Source of the DNA: Hyphomicrobiales bacterium
GTDB lineage: Bacteria > Pseudomonadota > Alphaproteobacteria > Rhizobiales > OSC116
NCBI GenBank assembly: GCA_051531935.1
Contig: JAOPTR010000007.1
Span: 283,420 to 347,419 of the forward strand
Direction: 5' to 3'
DNA length: 64,000 nucleotides
The notes below the pieces were generated by a model. The model was not told the origin of the DNA, did not search any database, and saw nothing but the letters and a program-made list of their open reading frames with translations. A program made the translations under genes and the position numbers. Numbering within the stretch: the stretch's first letter is position 1; each line of letters begins with the position of its first letter. Shown here piece after piece: positions 28,336-38,586 of this stretch.

Positions 28336-28569
28336 AATTTTTCCCTTTTTTATGACTTCAAATACTCAAATTAAAATCTGAATATTCTCTCAGTGCGTTG
28401 AAAGTGAAATTGAAATCACCCACACCGAACGCAATTATCTAAATAGATATGCGAGCCTAATTTAAACAAGTTATGATATGCAGGTCAAATTCATAATGTG
28501 ATTGATGTTATATCAAATTGGATATATTGTGAGTTTGGACATGTTTAAATAGAATTGTAAGGTAGGGAA

Positions 28570-29547
28570 ATGGTAGACATCTCAAAGTTAAATGGCTCGA
28601 TGCAGCAAGACAATTTAATTTCAAATGGTTTGAAATTTAATCAGTTGAAATTAATTGCACTTCTTAACGAAACCAAAAAAATTAGTGCCGCTGCTGCCAT
28701 ATTACATATTTCGCAACCTTCAGCTTCTCGTCTATTGGCCGAATTAGAAAAAGTGGTAGGTAATAAATTATACATCCGAAACTCAAAAGGCATCACTTTA
28801 AATGAAGCCGGAATTGTATTTGCGAAAAGAGCCAAACAAATGCTCAAGCTGTTGGATGATACCAATCGAGAGGTGGTTGAAACTGGCGAAGGGATTAGGG
28901 GGAGAGTGAATATTGGTGCAGTCACGGGGCCAGCTTTAGAAATGTTATTACCTTTTGTTAAAAAAGCCCGTCTTCAGCACCCAAATATTGAATTATCAAT
29001 TGCGGTAGATACAAGCCCTAAATTGGCAGAAAGCATGCTAAATGGGCAGATGGATTTCTATATAGGCCGCATCACTGAAGAAATTGACCCAAGGCCATTC
29101 CAAACCAAATTAATTGGTAAAGAACCTTTTGTACTCATTGTCAGACATGACCACCCGCTTACACGGAGGAAAGAAATAGATATTAAGGACTGCACTGGTT
29201 ATGATTGGATTTTGCAAGCTCCAGGGGCGCTAATGCGGCATACGATAGAGAGATATTTTGCAGAAAATAGTTACCAAATGCCAAATCAGATTATAAACAC
29301 TTCAAGCGTTATGATGACTCTCGGAATCATCAGCCAATCAAACGCAGTTGCACCTGTTGCTCGCTCTGTTGCAGAGTTTTATGGCAATTACGATGATAAG
29401 CGTTTCCCAAGCCGCATTGCGCAATTATCCATTGCCGATGACATACATGTTTCAGATTATTCTCTGGTAAACTTATCAATGAAAGAGCTATCTCCAGCAT
29501 CCAAGATTTTATACGATATGATGAACGAACAAATATCCAGTCTATAG
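28570..29547 (+). CDS. LysR-family regulator, GbpR-like (divergent from chvE)
   Basis: 325 aa. HTH ..ISAAAAILHISQPSASRLLAELE... An alternative start lies at M11 (28600). Confidence 0.8.
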   Translation: MVDISKLNGSMQQDNLISNGLKFNQLKLIALLNETKKISAAAAILHISQPSASRLLAELEKVVGNKLYIRNSKGITLNEAGIVFAKRAKQMLKLLDDTNREVVETGEGIRGRVNIGAVTGPALEMLLPFVKKARLQHPNIELSIAVDTSPKLAESMLNGQMDFYIGRITEEIDPRPFQTKLIGKEPFVLIVRHDHPLTRRKEIDIKDCTGYDWILQAPGALMRHTIERYFAENSYQMPNQIINTSSVMMTLGIISQSNAVAPVARSVAEFYGNYDDKRFPSRIAQLSIADDIHVSDYSLVNLSMKELSPASKILYDMMNEQISSL

Positions 29548-29552
29548 AATGT

Positions 29553-30629
29553 TCAAGTTTCAGAAATAAAATGATATTCTATAATTTGGTGATATTTTTC
29601 ACCCGCCAATAAAGGACTGGTTGGAAAATGAGGAATGACAGGGCCATTTGGGTAATCTTGTGCTTCTAGACAAAAGCCTGCGTATTTTGATACGATTTTA
29701 TTATCTTGCAAATTTGTTGGCGTTAGATGTGGGCCAGAATAAAATTGATTGCACGGTTGAGTGCTAACAACTTTTAAGGCTCGGCCTGTTTTGAGAGATT
29801 TCACAAGAGCATGCGGCTTCATTTTCCCATCATTGGCACCAATAACAAAACTAATGTCATAACCATTATTTACAGCGCGCATTTCATCGTCGGGGTTCTC
29901 AGTGCCTTTTCGGATGGAAGTTAATTCTCTAAGGTCAAATGGTGTCGCGTCGACAGGTTTAATTTCACCAGTACAAAGTGTTTCAGCATCTAATGGAGTG
30001 AAAAAATTGGAGTGTATTTGTATTTCATGATCCAGTATAGACGCGCTACCGTCACTGGCGATGCCATCTAAGTTAAAGTAAGCATGGTTTGTAAGGTTTA
30101 CATAAGTATCTTGATCGCAAATTGCATCATACTCAATGGTAAGTACATTGCTGTAGCTCAGTTTGTAAGTGACGGAAACATTGAGATTGCCAGGATAGCC
30201 ACCTTCGCCATCAGGGCTAACACGCTCCAATTTTATAGCAACACCATCATCATACTCAATTTCTTTGGCTTTGAATGGTTGGAAACCAAAGCCGTTTGGG
30301 CCGCCGTGTAATTGATTATTGCCATCATTTATTTCGAGTTGATACAGTTTATCGTTTAAAGTGAATTGGCCTTTTGTTATGCGGTTTGCATAACGACCAA
30401 CAGTTGTTCCGAATGAACCCGTGCTATTTACATAATCAGGTAAATTGTTAAACCCAAGGCAAACTTCATCTAGTTTTCCATCACGATCGGGAAATTTAAT
30501 ACTGGTAATGATGGCGCCATATTCACAAATACCGACTTGGCAATTATGACCGTTATCTAAAGTGAAATGAAGAATTTTTTGGTTATTTGTTAGAGAACCA
30601 AAATCTCTAATTATCACAGATTCAGTCAT
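29553..30629 (-). CDS. galM: Aldose 1-epimerase (galactose mutarotase)
   Basis: 358 aa. Motifs NQLHGG, VNLTNHAYFNLDG, GFCLEAQ. Confidence 0.85.
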   Translation of the reverse strand: MTESVIIRDFGSLTNNQKILHFTLDNGHNCQVGICEYGAIITSIKFPDRDGKLDEVCLGFNNLPDYVNSTGSFGTTVGRYANRITKGQFTLNDKLYQLEINDGNNQLHGGPNGFGFQPFKAKEIEYDDGVAIKLERVSPDGEGGYPGNLNVSVTYKLSYSNVLTIEYDAICDQDTYVNLTNHAYFNLDGIASDGSASILDHEIQIHSNFFTPLDAETLCTGEIKPVDATPFDLRELTSIRKGTENPDDEMRAVNNGYDISFVIGANDGKMKPHALVKSLKTGRALKVVSTQPCNQFYSGPHLTPTNLQDNKIVSKYAGFCLEAQDYPNGPVIPHFPTSPLLAGEKYHQIIEYHFISET

Positions 30630-30651
30630 TGCAATGCCTTGTAAATTTAAA

Positions 30652-31380
30652 TTATTTTTTTCTGTCTAAAACACGCTCTAGGCCTATTTTAATTACATTT
30701 TCCATGGCTGCTCGCGCTTGAGCGCCATTTCCATCTGAAATAGCAAGAACAATAGCGCGATGTGCCGAAGCATTTTCAGCAACCTTTTGATAATCATCTC
30801 GCGGTGAACTTATAGCAAATATTCCCGCCAAAGCCGCCTCAATCATTGAACCCACTGAATGCATGATTGGGTTTTTTGAAGCCGTTATAACCGCTAAATG
30901 GAACTTTACGTCTACTTCGGCTCTCTTAGCACGTGTATCGGTGGCCATTCCCATAGCTTCAGCAAGATCAAACAACTCTTGAATGTCTTCCTTTTCAGCA
31001 TTTTTTGCCGCTAGTTCAGCCGCAAAAGGCTCAAAAGAAAGGCGCACTTCGCTTAGATGTTTTAAAAACTCAGTATTGACACCAGATTCAAAATGCCAAG
31101 CAATCACATCATAATCTAAAAGGTTCCAATTTGCTTTTTTCTGAACACGCGTACCAACTTTAGAACGTGGGAAAATTAGGCCCTTTGCACTTAAAGTTTT
31201 CATAGCTTCGCGAATAACAGTTCGCGAAACGCCATATTTATCCATTAAATCTAAATGGCCAGGCAATATCGATTCCAAAGGATATTCGCCTTTAATTATA
31301 GACAGACCAATTTCGTGAACCACGTAGGCGTGGCTATTACGCATTACACGACCTGAAATTATTGCTTCCATAGACCCCAT
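30652..31380 (-). CDS. GntR-family regulator, FadR/FCD subfamily
   Basis: 242 aa. Winged HTH YGVSRTVIREAMKTLSAKGLI followed by an all-helical FCD-like C-terminal domain. Confidence 0.85.
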   Translation of the reverse strand: MGSMEAIISGRVMRNSHAYVVHEIGLSIIKGEYPLESILPGHLDLMDKYGVSRTVIREAMKTLSAKGLIFPRSKVGTRVQKKANWNLLDYDVIAWHFESGVNTEFLKHLSEVRLSFEPFAAELAAKNAEKEDIQELFDLAEAMGMATDTRAKRAEVDVKFHLAVITASKNPIMHSVGSMIEAALAGIFAISSPRDDYQKVAENASAHRAIVLAISDGNGAQARAAMENVIKIGLERVLDRKK

Positions 31381-31401
31381 AGAAAGGTGCGCCTTAAGTA
31401 A

Positions 31402-32367
31402 TTATTTTTTTTGGGCTGACGCGGCTAGTAGTAAGCCCTTTTGCATAAGAATAAAAGAAAAAAGTAGAATGCCAATTACGATCTTCGTCCACCAACTAGA
31501 TAGAGTTCCATCAAAAATTATATAGGTTTGTATGAGTCCCATTATTAACACACCAATTAGTGTGCCAGCAATAAACCCACTACCACCTGTTAGCAATGCT
31601 CCGCCGATGACAACAGCGGCAATGGCATCTAACTCTACACCTACAGCGGCAAGGGAATAGCCAGCCGAGGTGTAAAGAGAAAATGTTATGCCCGCAAGCC
31701 CAGCTAGAAAACCAGAAATTGCATATATGCCAATTGTCGTACGTGCGACAGGTACACCCATTAACTTAGATGTAGGAATACCCCCACCTAATGCAAAAAC
31801 ATTGGTACCAAATTTGGTTCGATGGGCGATAATAATACCAACAAAAAAGACAACCAGCATAGCAGCGCCAATAACCGTTATTCTACCTCCGCCGGGTAAG
31901 CGATAAAAGCTATCCTGTAAAAAAGTATAAAACTCATGCTTAACAGGAACACTATCTGTGCTGATAACAAAGGCAATGCCGCGAGCTAAAAACATGCCAG
32001 CCAAGGTAACCACAAAGGGGGGCATTTCTAGATAATGAATTATTGCCCCCATAATTCCGCCAAAAATAGCGGTGATGATAAGAACTAAGGCAAACACCAC
32101 GAGCGGGTGTAATGATGTTTCTTTGAGGACAACAGCGATAAACACGCCCGTAAAAGCAATGACCGAGCCGATGGATAAATCTATCCCACCCGATAAAATA
32201 ACAAATGTCATACCTACTGCTGCAATGCCTAAAAAAGCATTATCCGTTAAAAGATTACCAACAACTCGAGTGGATAACATATAGGGAAATTGAGAATAGC
32301 ATAAAGCATAAGCAAGAATAAAAATGAGGCTTGTTGCGATTAGCGGTAAGTAACGAGATTTCATCAT
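31402..32367 (-). CDS. yjfF: Galactofuranose-type ABC permease (CUT2)
   Basis: 321 aa polytopic protein. Fourth gene of a ytfQ-ytfR-ytfT-yjfF-ordered operon. Confidence 0.65.
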   Translation of the reverse strand: MMKSRYLPLIATSLIFILAYALCYSQFPYMLSTRVVGNLLTDNAFLGIAAVGMTFVILSGGIDLSIGSVIAFTGVFIAVVLKETSLHPLVVFALVLIITAIFGGIMGAIIHYLEMPPFVVTLAGMFLARGIAFVISTDSVPVKHEFYTFLQDSFYRLPGGGRITVIGAAMLVVFFVGIIIAHRTKFGTNVFALGGGIPTSKLMGVPVARTTIGIYAISGFLAGLAGITFSLYTSAGYSLAAVGVELDAIAAVVIGGALLTGGSGFIAGTLIGVLIMGLIQTYIIFDGTLSSWWTKIVIGILLFSFILMQKGLLLAASAQKK

Positions 32368-33380
32368 GAAATAGGCTCCTTCGAATTGGTCGATTTATCT
32401 GCATCGCGACGGTCCCGATATTCTAAATATTTTGTCTGTAGAGCAGGTGATTGTATGACTAAGATGATTACAATGATTGCAGCCTTGATTATTAAATTGA
32501 ATTCTGGTGGGAAACCAGAAAGCAAAATACCCGTATTGATTGATTGAATAATCATAGCTCCAATGAGCGATCCGATAAGCGTAAAACGCCCACCTAATAA
32601 AGATGTGCCGCCAACAACAACCGCTAAGATTGCATCTAATTCTAACCACAAACCTGCATTGTTAGCATCAGCGCCTTTTATGTCTGCTGCTGCGATTGTG
32701 CCTGCTAATGCAGCGCAGATACCAGAAACTACATAAACTAAGACCAGAAGCACCTTCGCGTTTACACCAGAGAATGTACTGGCTCTATGATTAATGCCAA
32801 TTGATTCTATAAGCATTCCAAGCGCAGTTCTTCGAACAATAAAGGTGATGATAGCTCCAAAAGATATCCATATCAGTATCGGTGTGGGTATAGAAAACAC
32901 CGAGCCGCTACCAACAAAAATCAGCCCTTCATCGTTGAATGTTAGGATGGCACCTTCAGTTATTAACTGTGCAATACCACGACCTGCCACCATTAAAATC
33001 AGCGTAGCGATGATGGGTTGAATGTTTAAGAAAGAAACCAAAACACCGTTCCAAAGGCCGCAAATTAAACCAGCCAGTAGCGCTAAAGACATGGCTAAAA
33101 CCACACCGCCGCCACTGTCGACCGTGGATGCCGCAACAGCACCACAAATTGCCATAACGGCGCCGACTGATAAATCAATGCCTTTTGTGGCAATTACCAA
33201 AGTCATGCCGACACATAAGAGTGCCACTGGCGCACCGCGGTTTAAAACGTCGATCATTGTACCGTAAAATTTACCATTTGCGATTTCAATTTTAAAGAAA
33301 TCGGGAAACACGAGGTAATTTAGTAATAAAATAATAGCTAATGTCGTTAATTGTGGGGCGTAGCGTTTCAGGCTGTTCAT
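32364..33380 (-). CDS. ytfT: Galactofuranose-type ABC permease (CUT2)
   Basis: 338 aa polytopic protein. 4-nt overlaps with both neighbouring genes. Confidence 0.65.
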   Translation of the reverse strand: MNSLKRYAPQLTTLAIILLLNYLVFPDFFKIEIANGKFYGTMIDVLNRGAPVALLCVGMTLVIATKGIDLSVGAVMAICGAVAASTVDSGGGVVLAMSLALLAGLICGLWNGVLVSFLNIQPIIATLILMVAGRGIAQLITEGAILTFNDEGLIFVGSGSVFSIPTPILIWISFGAIITFIVRRTALGMLIESIGINHRASTFSGVNAKVLLVLVYVVSGICAALAGTIAAADIKGADANNAGLWLELDAILAVVVGGTSLLGGRFTLIGSLIGAMIIQSINTGILLSGFPPEFNLIIKAAIIVIILVIQSPALQTKYLEYRDRRDADKSTNSKEPIS

Positions 33381-34918
33381 GAGATAACCCCTTTTAATTC
33401 ATATCCATCATCAGCAACATTTAAATCTGCAGCAATTGTTTCGACAATATTATTGGTTGAAATTTCAGAACCCACTAATTCAGCTATGTGTTCATGGTCT
33501 CTGACTACGATTATTCTATGGCTGTATACGACCAATTCATCAAGTTCAGATGAGATAACTAATAAAGACATGCCATCGTCACATAATTCTTCAATAAGGC
33601 GAATTATCTCTGCATGAGCTCCAACGTCTATGCCGCGTGTTGGCTCGTCTAATATTAAAAATTCGGGGTTCGTTGCCAACCAGCGCGCCAAGATAACCTT
33701 TTGTTGGTTACCACCTGACAATAACCGAATTGATTTTTCGGGATCTGGCGGGCGTATATCTAGAGCCTTGATGTATTTGTTACATATTTCATTTTGTTCG
33801 GCTTTTGGCAATGGTTTCATCCAACCGCGCTGAGCTTGCAAGGCTAATATAATATTTTCTCGCACTGATAAATCGGCAATGATACCATCACTCTTTCTAT
33901 CTTCTGGGCAAAAACCAAACCTGTTTGCTATGGCCGCACGCGGTGATGATAGATTGATTGCTTTGCCCTTTAATTTTGCTGTCCCGCTATCATGTGGGGA
34001 TACACCAAATAATGTTTCGGCGGTTTCTGTACGGCCAGAACCAAGCAGGCCAGCAAAGCCTACTACTTCTCCTTTGCCAACCGTTAAGTTGAAAGGTTGT
34101 ATTGATTGTTTGCGCCCAAATTCGGTAAATTCAACCAGAGGTTCGCGTATTTCGTCAGAATATGTCTTGGTTTTGACCTCTTCACCAAGTTCATAACCCA
34201 ACATCATTGTGACCAAGTCGATACTTGAAATGTCTTCGGTGGCGACAGTTTCAATTAGTGCCCCATTTCGAAGTACAGTAATGGTGTCGCTAATTTCAAA
34301 AACTTGATCTAGAAAATGTGAGATAAATATAATGCCAATATTTTTTTCTTTTAATTTTTTTATCACACCAAACAGCATTTGAACTTCTTTGGCATCAAGG
34401 CTTGCTGTTGGTTCATCAAGAATAAGGACTTTTCCTGATAAATCGACAGCCCTGGCAATCGCAATAATTTGCTGAATTGCAACACTATATGTTGATAGCA
34501 GTTGAGCCACGTCAATTTCTAGCCCGTACTGGCTTAAAATTTCTTTGGTTTGATTATTCATCTGGCGCGTTTGAATCATGCCCCATTTTTTGGGTTGGCG
34601 GCCAATCATCATATTTTCAGCAACTGTTAAATTACCTAATAAATTGACTTCTTGGTATACAGTCCCGATTCCAAGCCCTTGGGCATTTAGTGTGTTCTTT
34701 GGGTCTATGGATTGTCCGTTTAACTTTATTTCGCCACCGTCTCGACGGTAAGCACCAGTAAGGCATTTAATTAGGGTGGATTTTCCAGCACCATTTTCAC
34801 CAAGTAAGGCGTGGACTTCGCCAGATTTTAAAGTGAAATCAACTTTATCAAGTGCAATAACACCCGGGAAAACTTTATCAATTTGACTGGCTTCTAATAA
34901 GGGATTAGCGGTATTCAT
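33377..34918 (-). CDS. ytfR: Galactofuranose-type ABC ATPase, duplicated ABC domains
   Basis: 513 aa. [18 protein letters not shown], two cassettes. Confidence 0.7.
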   Translation of the reverse strand: MNTANPLLEASQIDKVFPGVIALDKVDFTLKSGEVHALLGENGAGKSTLIKCLTGAYRRDGGEIKLNGQSIDPKNTLNAQGLGIGTVYQEVNLLGNLTVAENMMIGRQPKKWGMIQTRQMNNQTKEILSQYGLEIDVAQLLSTYSVAIQQIIAIARAVDLSGKVLILDEPTASLDAKEVQMLFGVIKKLKEKNIGIIFISHFLDQVFEISDTITVLRNGALIETVATEDISSIDLVTMMLGYELGEEVKTKTYSDEIREPLVEFTEFGRKQSIQPFNLTVGKGEVVGFAGLLGSGRTETAETLFGVSPHDSGTAKLKGKAINLSSPRAAIANRFGFCPEDRKSDGIIADLSVRENIILALQAQRGWMKPLPKAEQNEICNKYIKALDIRPPDPEKSIRLLSGGNQQKVILARWLATNPEFLILDEPTRGIDVGAHAEIIRLIEELCDDGMSLLVISSELDELVVYSHRIIVVRDHEHIAELVGSEISTNNIVETIAADLNVADDGYELKGVIS

Positions 34919-34931
34919 GACGGCCTCAAAT

Positions 34932-34961
34932 AAATTATCAATAAAAGTATTTTGATAATTT
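34932..34961 (-). other. AT-rich stem-loop in the ytfQ-ytfR spacer
   Basis: AAATTATCAA-N10-TTGATAATTT forms a 10-bp stem made almost entirely of A/T pairs, so it is weak. Confidence 0.3.
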
Positions 34962-35058
34962 TTAGATTTTATTCAAGTGAATTATAAAACATAGGCCAGC
35001 CTTGGGTTTGAACCCTAGACCAACCTATATTTTAAAGTGAAAAATTTATGACTATATC

Positions 35059-36021
35059 CTAGTAACCTAGGTCTTTTTTGTGATCATAAATTGCTTGAGC
35101 ATCATCTTCTTGAGTGTATAGGCGTGATGGTGATTGGATCCATTTAGGTGGCAGAGTGCCATCTTTAAGGAACGCATCCAACGCATCAAATGCAGGGCCA
35201 GCCATGTTTGGCGTAAGTTCGACCGTCGCATTTGCTTCGCCAGCTAGCATAGCTTTGAAAATATCCGGAACAGCATCAATTGAAACTACCAAAATTTCAG
35301 AACCTGGCTTAATACCAGCTTCTTTAATGGCTTGGATAGCACCAACCGCCATGTCGTCATTATGTGCATAAAGTGCGCAAATACCTTTGCCACCACCTTC
35401 TGCTTTTAGGAAGCTTTCCATTACTTCTTTACCTTTGGTGCGGGTAAAGTCAGCAGTTTGGCTACGGATAATTGAAATGTTGCTTGCAGAAGCGATGCCT
35501 TGCTCGAAGCCTTTTTTACGTTCAATAGCTGGTGCTGAACCTGTTGTACCTTGCAGTTCAACAACTTTACATTCTTTATCCCCAACAGCATCTGCTAACC
35601 ACTGACCAGCAACGCTACCTTCAAAAATAAAATCAGATGTAACCGCTGTAAGATATAGGTCATCTGATGCTTCAATTGTTCTATCAAGTAAAATAACTGG
35701 AATGCCAGCTTCTTTAACTTCTTTTAAAACACTGTCCCAACCTGTTGCAACAACAGGTGCAATTAAGATGGCATCAACGCCTTGGGCGATGAATGAGCGC
35801 AACGCTTTAATTTGGTTTTCTTGTTTTTGCTGAGCATCAGCAAATTTAAGAGTAATGCCGCGATCTTTGGCTTGTTGCAAAGTGATCGTGGTTTCAGCAG
35901 CACGCCAACCAGATTCAGAACCAATTTGTGAAAAACCTACAGTTAGAGCTAGAGCTGATGTTGTAGATAGAGCAACTGTAGCGAAAACCGCCGCACTTGC
36001 GAAAACTTTTTTTAGAAACAT
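35059..36021 (-). CDS. ytfQ: Periplasmic galactofuranose/arabinofuranose-type binding protein
   Basis: 320 aa. Signal peptide MFLKKVFASAAVFATVALSTTSALA. Peripla_BP_1/4 fold. First gene of the operon. Confidence 0.65.
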   Translation of the reverse strand: MFLKKVFASAAVFATVALSTTSALALTVGFSQIGSESGWRAAETTITLQQAKDRGITLKFADAQQKQENQIKALRSFIAQGVDAILIAPVVATGWDSVLKEVKEAGIPVILLDRTIEASDDLYLTAVTSDFIFEGSVAGQWLADAVGDKECKVVELQGTTGSAPAIERKKGFEQGIASASNISIIRSQTADFTRTKGKEVMESFLKAEGGGKGICALYAHNDDMAVGAIQAIKEAGIKPGSEILVVSIDAVPDIFKAMLAGEANATVELTPNMAGPAFDALDAFLKDGTLPPKWIQSPSRLYTQEDDAQAIYDHKKDLGY

Positions 36022-36046
36022 TATATTCCTCCCAAAATACTTTAAT

Positions 36047-36059
36047 ATTGTTTAACAAT
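36047..36059. promoter_or_regulatory. Palindrome ATTGTT-T-AACAAT; candidate GntR-family operator upstream of ytfQ
   Basis: Perfect 6-bp arms around a single central base. It contains the GT-N3-AC core of GntR/FadR-type operators. It lies 26 nt upstream of the ytfQ start. Confidence 0.45.
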
Positions 36060-36266
36060 TGGAATATGTCATATAGTACTACTAATGTAAATATCAATTA
36101 AATTATATTCTAACTAATATAATAATCTGATATATATCAATAGTTTATTTATGTAAAAGGAAAATAAAATGTCATTTAGTAGTATTAATTAAAAGTGGAT
36201 TATGAGTTTGTTAATCATCTATACTTATCTTTTGAGCAGATAATTTTCAAATCTGGGGGTTCAAAA

Positions 36267-38267
36267 ATGTTAGATCAAATTTCAACAATGATTAATAAAA
36301 TTTCTGTCAAAGCGCAGGTTATCTTCATAACAATTCTAAGTATAGTTGGTTTATGTGCATTAACTTTAGGTGCTTATTACACATCTACATTGGTTGCTAA
36401 TTCCACTGAAAATAGCATCGCGGCGGCAAATAAAGCCAACGGGTTAACAACAATTGATAAATATGGTTTTGAAATGCGGCAGCATGAAAAAGATTATTTA
36501 GTCAGCTTTGATGAAAAAGCTGTACTTAATTATAATGCGGCTATGAATGTAATTGATAAAGTATCAGAAAAGCTAAAGACTATGATCACCGATAAAGATA
36601 ATTTGGTGACGATGGATGGAATTTTGAACGGCTTTAAAGACCATTCAAGACAATTTGAAAAAGTAATCTCACTACGTGAATCGTTAGGCTTAAATCAAAC
36701 ATCAGGCTTTTTAGGTAAATTAAACAAATCGATCGATGATATTGATATTGGTTTTGTGGCACTTCAAAAAGAAGTATTTAATCCCAAGCAGCTAGACGGC
36801 GTGGGCACGCAATTGTTAGCACTGCGTATTTATCAAAAAGATTTTATGCTTACGGGCGAAGCAAGTCTTTTAAAGTCGTATGAAAAAGGACTTAAAGATT
36901 TAGATGGTGCCATTCGACAAGTGTTTTTAAATAAAAAACAGAAAAAAGCCCTTGCAGCCGTAATCAACGAATACAAAGTCAGTTTCAAAGCATGGAGCGT
37001 GGTTAAAGATGATTATAACAAACAAGTATCCATGCTCGAAACAATATACACTGGTTTTGCCCCTCAAATATTATCTCTCACAAATCACTATATAGAAATT
37101 AATGAACAAGCCACAGAGGCGCGGGTTGAAATGCAACAGCAATCATTGATAATGCTGGGGGTGGTTGCTGCGATCATTGGCGTGTTGATAGCTATTTTAA
37201 GTATGTTCATTGCTACGAATATTGCACAAAAAATCAAACAATTGAACGTAAGAATGTCTAGTTTAGCTAATGGTGAAACGGATGCAATTATACCCAATGT
37301 AGGTTTAAAAAATGAATTAGGAGATATGGCTAAATCTCTATTGGTGTTTAAAGACAATACAATTGCTCGTTTGCAATCAGAAGCAGAAAAGAAACGACTT
37401 GATGATGAGGAAGCGCAAAAATCCAAATTCATCGGTACATTAATTGAGAAATTTAGAGGCAGTTCACAAAATTCAATTGGTCTGGTTCAACGGGCATCCA
37501 ATCAACTTGATGATGTTTCAAAAACACTCAATAAAAATACCAATGAAATGAAAAACCAAAGTGACATTGTGAGCGAGAATGTGCAAGACACTTCAACTAA
37601 TGTAACCAGTGCAGCATCAGCTACAGAAGAAATGGTGGCATCAATTCAGGAAATTGCTGTTCAGGCGGCACATTCCACACAGATAGCTGAAGAGGCACGA
37701 GAGAAAACAAAGCAAACAGTGAGCGTCATAACCGCATTGTCTTCAAGTGCCAACCATATTGAGAATGTTGTGAAATTGATCGAAGAAATAGCTGAGCAAA
37801 CAAATTTACTGGCACTCAATGCAACCATTGAGGCGGCAAGGGCAGGTGATGCGGGTAAGGGATTTGCTGTTGTTGCCAATGAAGTCAAAAGCCTAGCAAA
37901 CCAAACAGCAAAGGCGACAGTTGAGATCGCAGACCGAGTGAGTAAAATTCAAGAAGATTCTCAAAAAGCAAATAGTTCAATTGTGGATGTTGAAAATATA
38001 ATCTCAAATTTATCCGAGGCATCTTCCGAAGTTGCCAATTCTGTCGAAGAACAAAGTAACGTCATTAATGGGATTGCGACCAATGTCATTTCGGCATCTG
38101 ATTTATCGTCAAAAAGTGCTGAGTCAATGAATGTAGTGGGTGGTTCTATTGACGATACAAAATTAGTGTCTGGTAATGTATTTGAATTATCAGGTGAGCT
38201 AAATACACAAATATCAAATTTAGAAAAAGATATTTCAGAATTTTTAAATAATGTAAAATCAGCCTAG
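36267..38267 (+). CDS. Methyl-accepting chemotaxis protein
   Basis: The start is placed at [11 protein letters not shown].. after a GGGGG run; the track start is GTG 36195. Two TM segments flank a periplasmic domain of about 290 aa, followed by a HAMP domain. Signalling hairpin [35 protein letters not shown]. Confidence 0.9.
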   Translation: MLDQISTMINKISVKAQVIFITILSIVGLCALTLGAYYTSTLVANSTENSIAAANKANGLTTIDKYGFEMRQHEKDYLVSFDEKAVLNYNAAMNVIDKVSEKLKTMITDKDNLVTMDGILNGFKDHSRQFEKVISLRESLGLNQTSGFLGKLNKSIDDIDIGFVALQKEVFNPKQLDGVGTQLLALRIYQKDFMLTGEASLLKSYEKGLKDLDGAIRQVFLNKKQKKALAAVINEYKVSFKAWSVVKDDYNKQVSMLETIYTGFAPQILSLTNHYIEINEQATEARVEMQQQSLIMLGVVAAIIGVLIAILSMFIATNIAQKIKQLNVRMSSLANGETDAIIPNVGLKNELGDMAKSLLVFKDNTIARLQSEAEKKRLDDEEAQKSKFIGTLIEKFRGSSQNSIGLVQRASNQLDDVSKTLNKNTNEMKNQSDIVSENVQDTSTNVTSAASATEEMVASIQEIAVQAAHSTQIAEEAREKTKQTVSVITALSSSANHIENVVKLIEEIAEQTNLLALNATIEAARAGDAGKGFAVVANEVKSLANQTAKATVEIADRVSKIQEDSQKANSSIVDVENIISNLSEASSEVANSVEEQSNVINGIATNVISASDLSSKSAESMNVVGGSIDDTKLVSGNVFELSGELNTQISNLEKDISEFLNNVKSA

Positions 38268-38356
38268 TTGATATGCTAACCATCTGATTAAATTGTCCAT
38301 AAAATTGACTAGCATTGATAGGATATTGCCTAGGTTGCTAAAAATAATAGATGTTT

Positions 38357-38386
38357 TTACAGTGAAGTTTTTATCCTTCACTGTAA
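38357..38386 (+). terminator. Stem-loop downstream of the MCP gene, probable terminator
   Basis: TTACAGTGAAG-N8-CTTCACTGTAA forms an 11-bp perfect stem. It is followed by only TTT. Confidence 0.45.
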
Positions 38387-38586
38387 TTTAGGCCAATGAG
38401 ATAAACCGAAGTCAAACATTCATGACAATTGTCCAAAACATAGAATAAAAAATTCGGTATTTCTTCCCCCCAAAAAAGTTGCACCAGTATTCACGATAAG
38501 CTATTTAAATTACTGGATTTTAGCTCTATCTCCAACGACCATCCAAACAATATTTATGGTTCAGAATTGTGCGCTTGGTTTTTAAC

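Noticed and set aside
28436-28449. TATCTA-AA-TAGATA dyad in the chvE / LysR intergenic region, considered as a GbpR binding site.
   Set aside because: The dyad is short, consists entirely of A/T-rich sequence in an AT-rich spacer, and its spacing does not match the T-N11-A rule. It is too weak to list as a feature.
35004-35015. GGGTTTGAACCC (minus strand GGGTTCAAACCC) resembles a tRNA T-arm. I considered it as a possible tRNA or tRNA-fragment att site in the ytfQ-ytfR spacer.
   Set aside because: The flanks do not form a 5-bp T-stem with a 7-nt loop. No acceptor, D or anticodon arms can be built around it.
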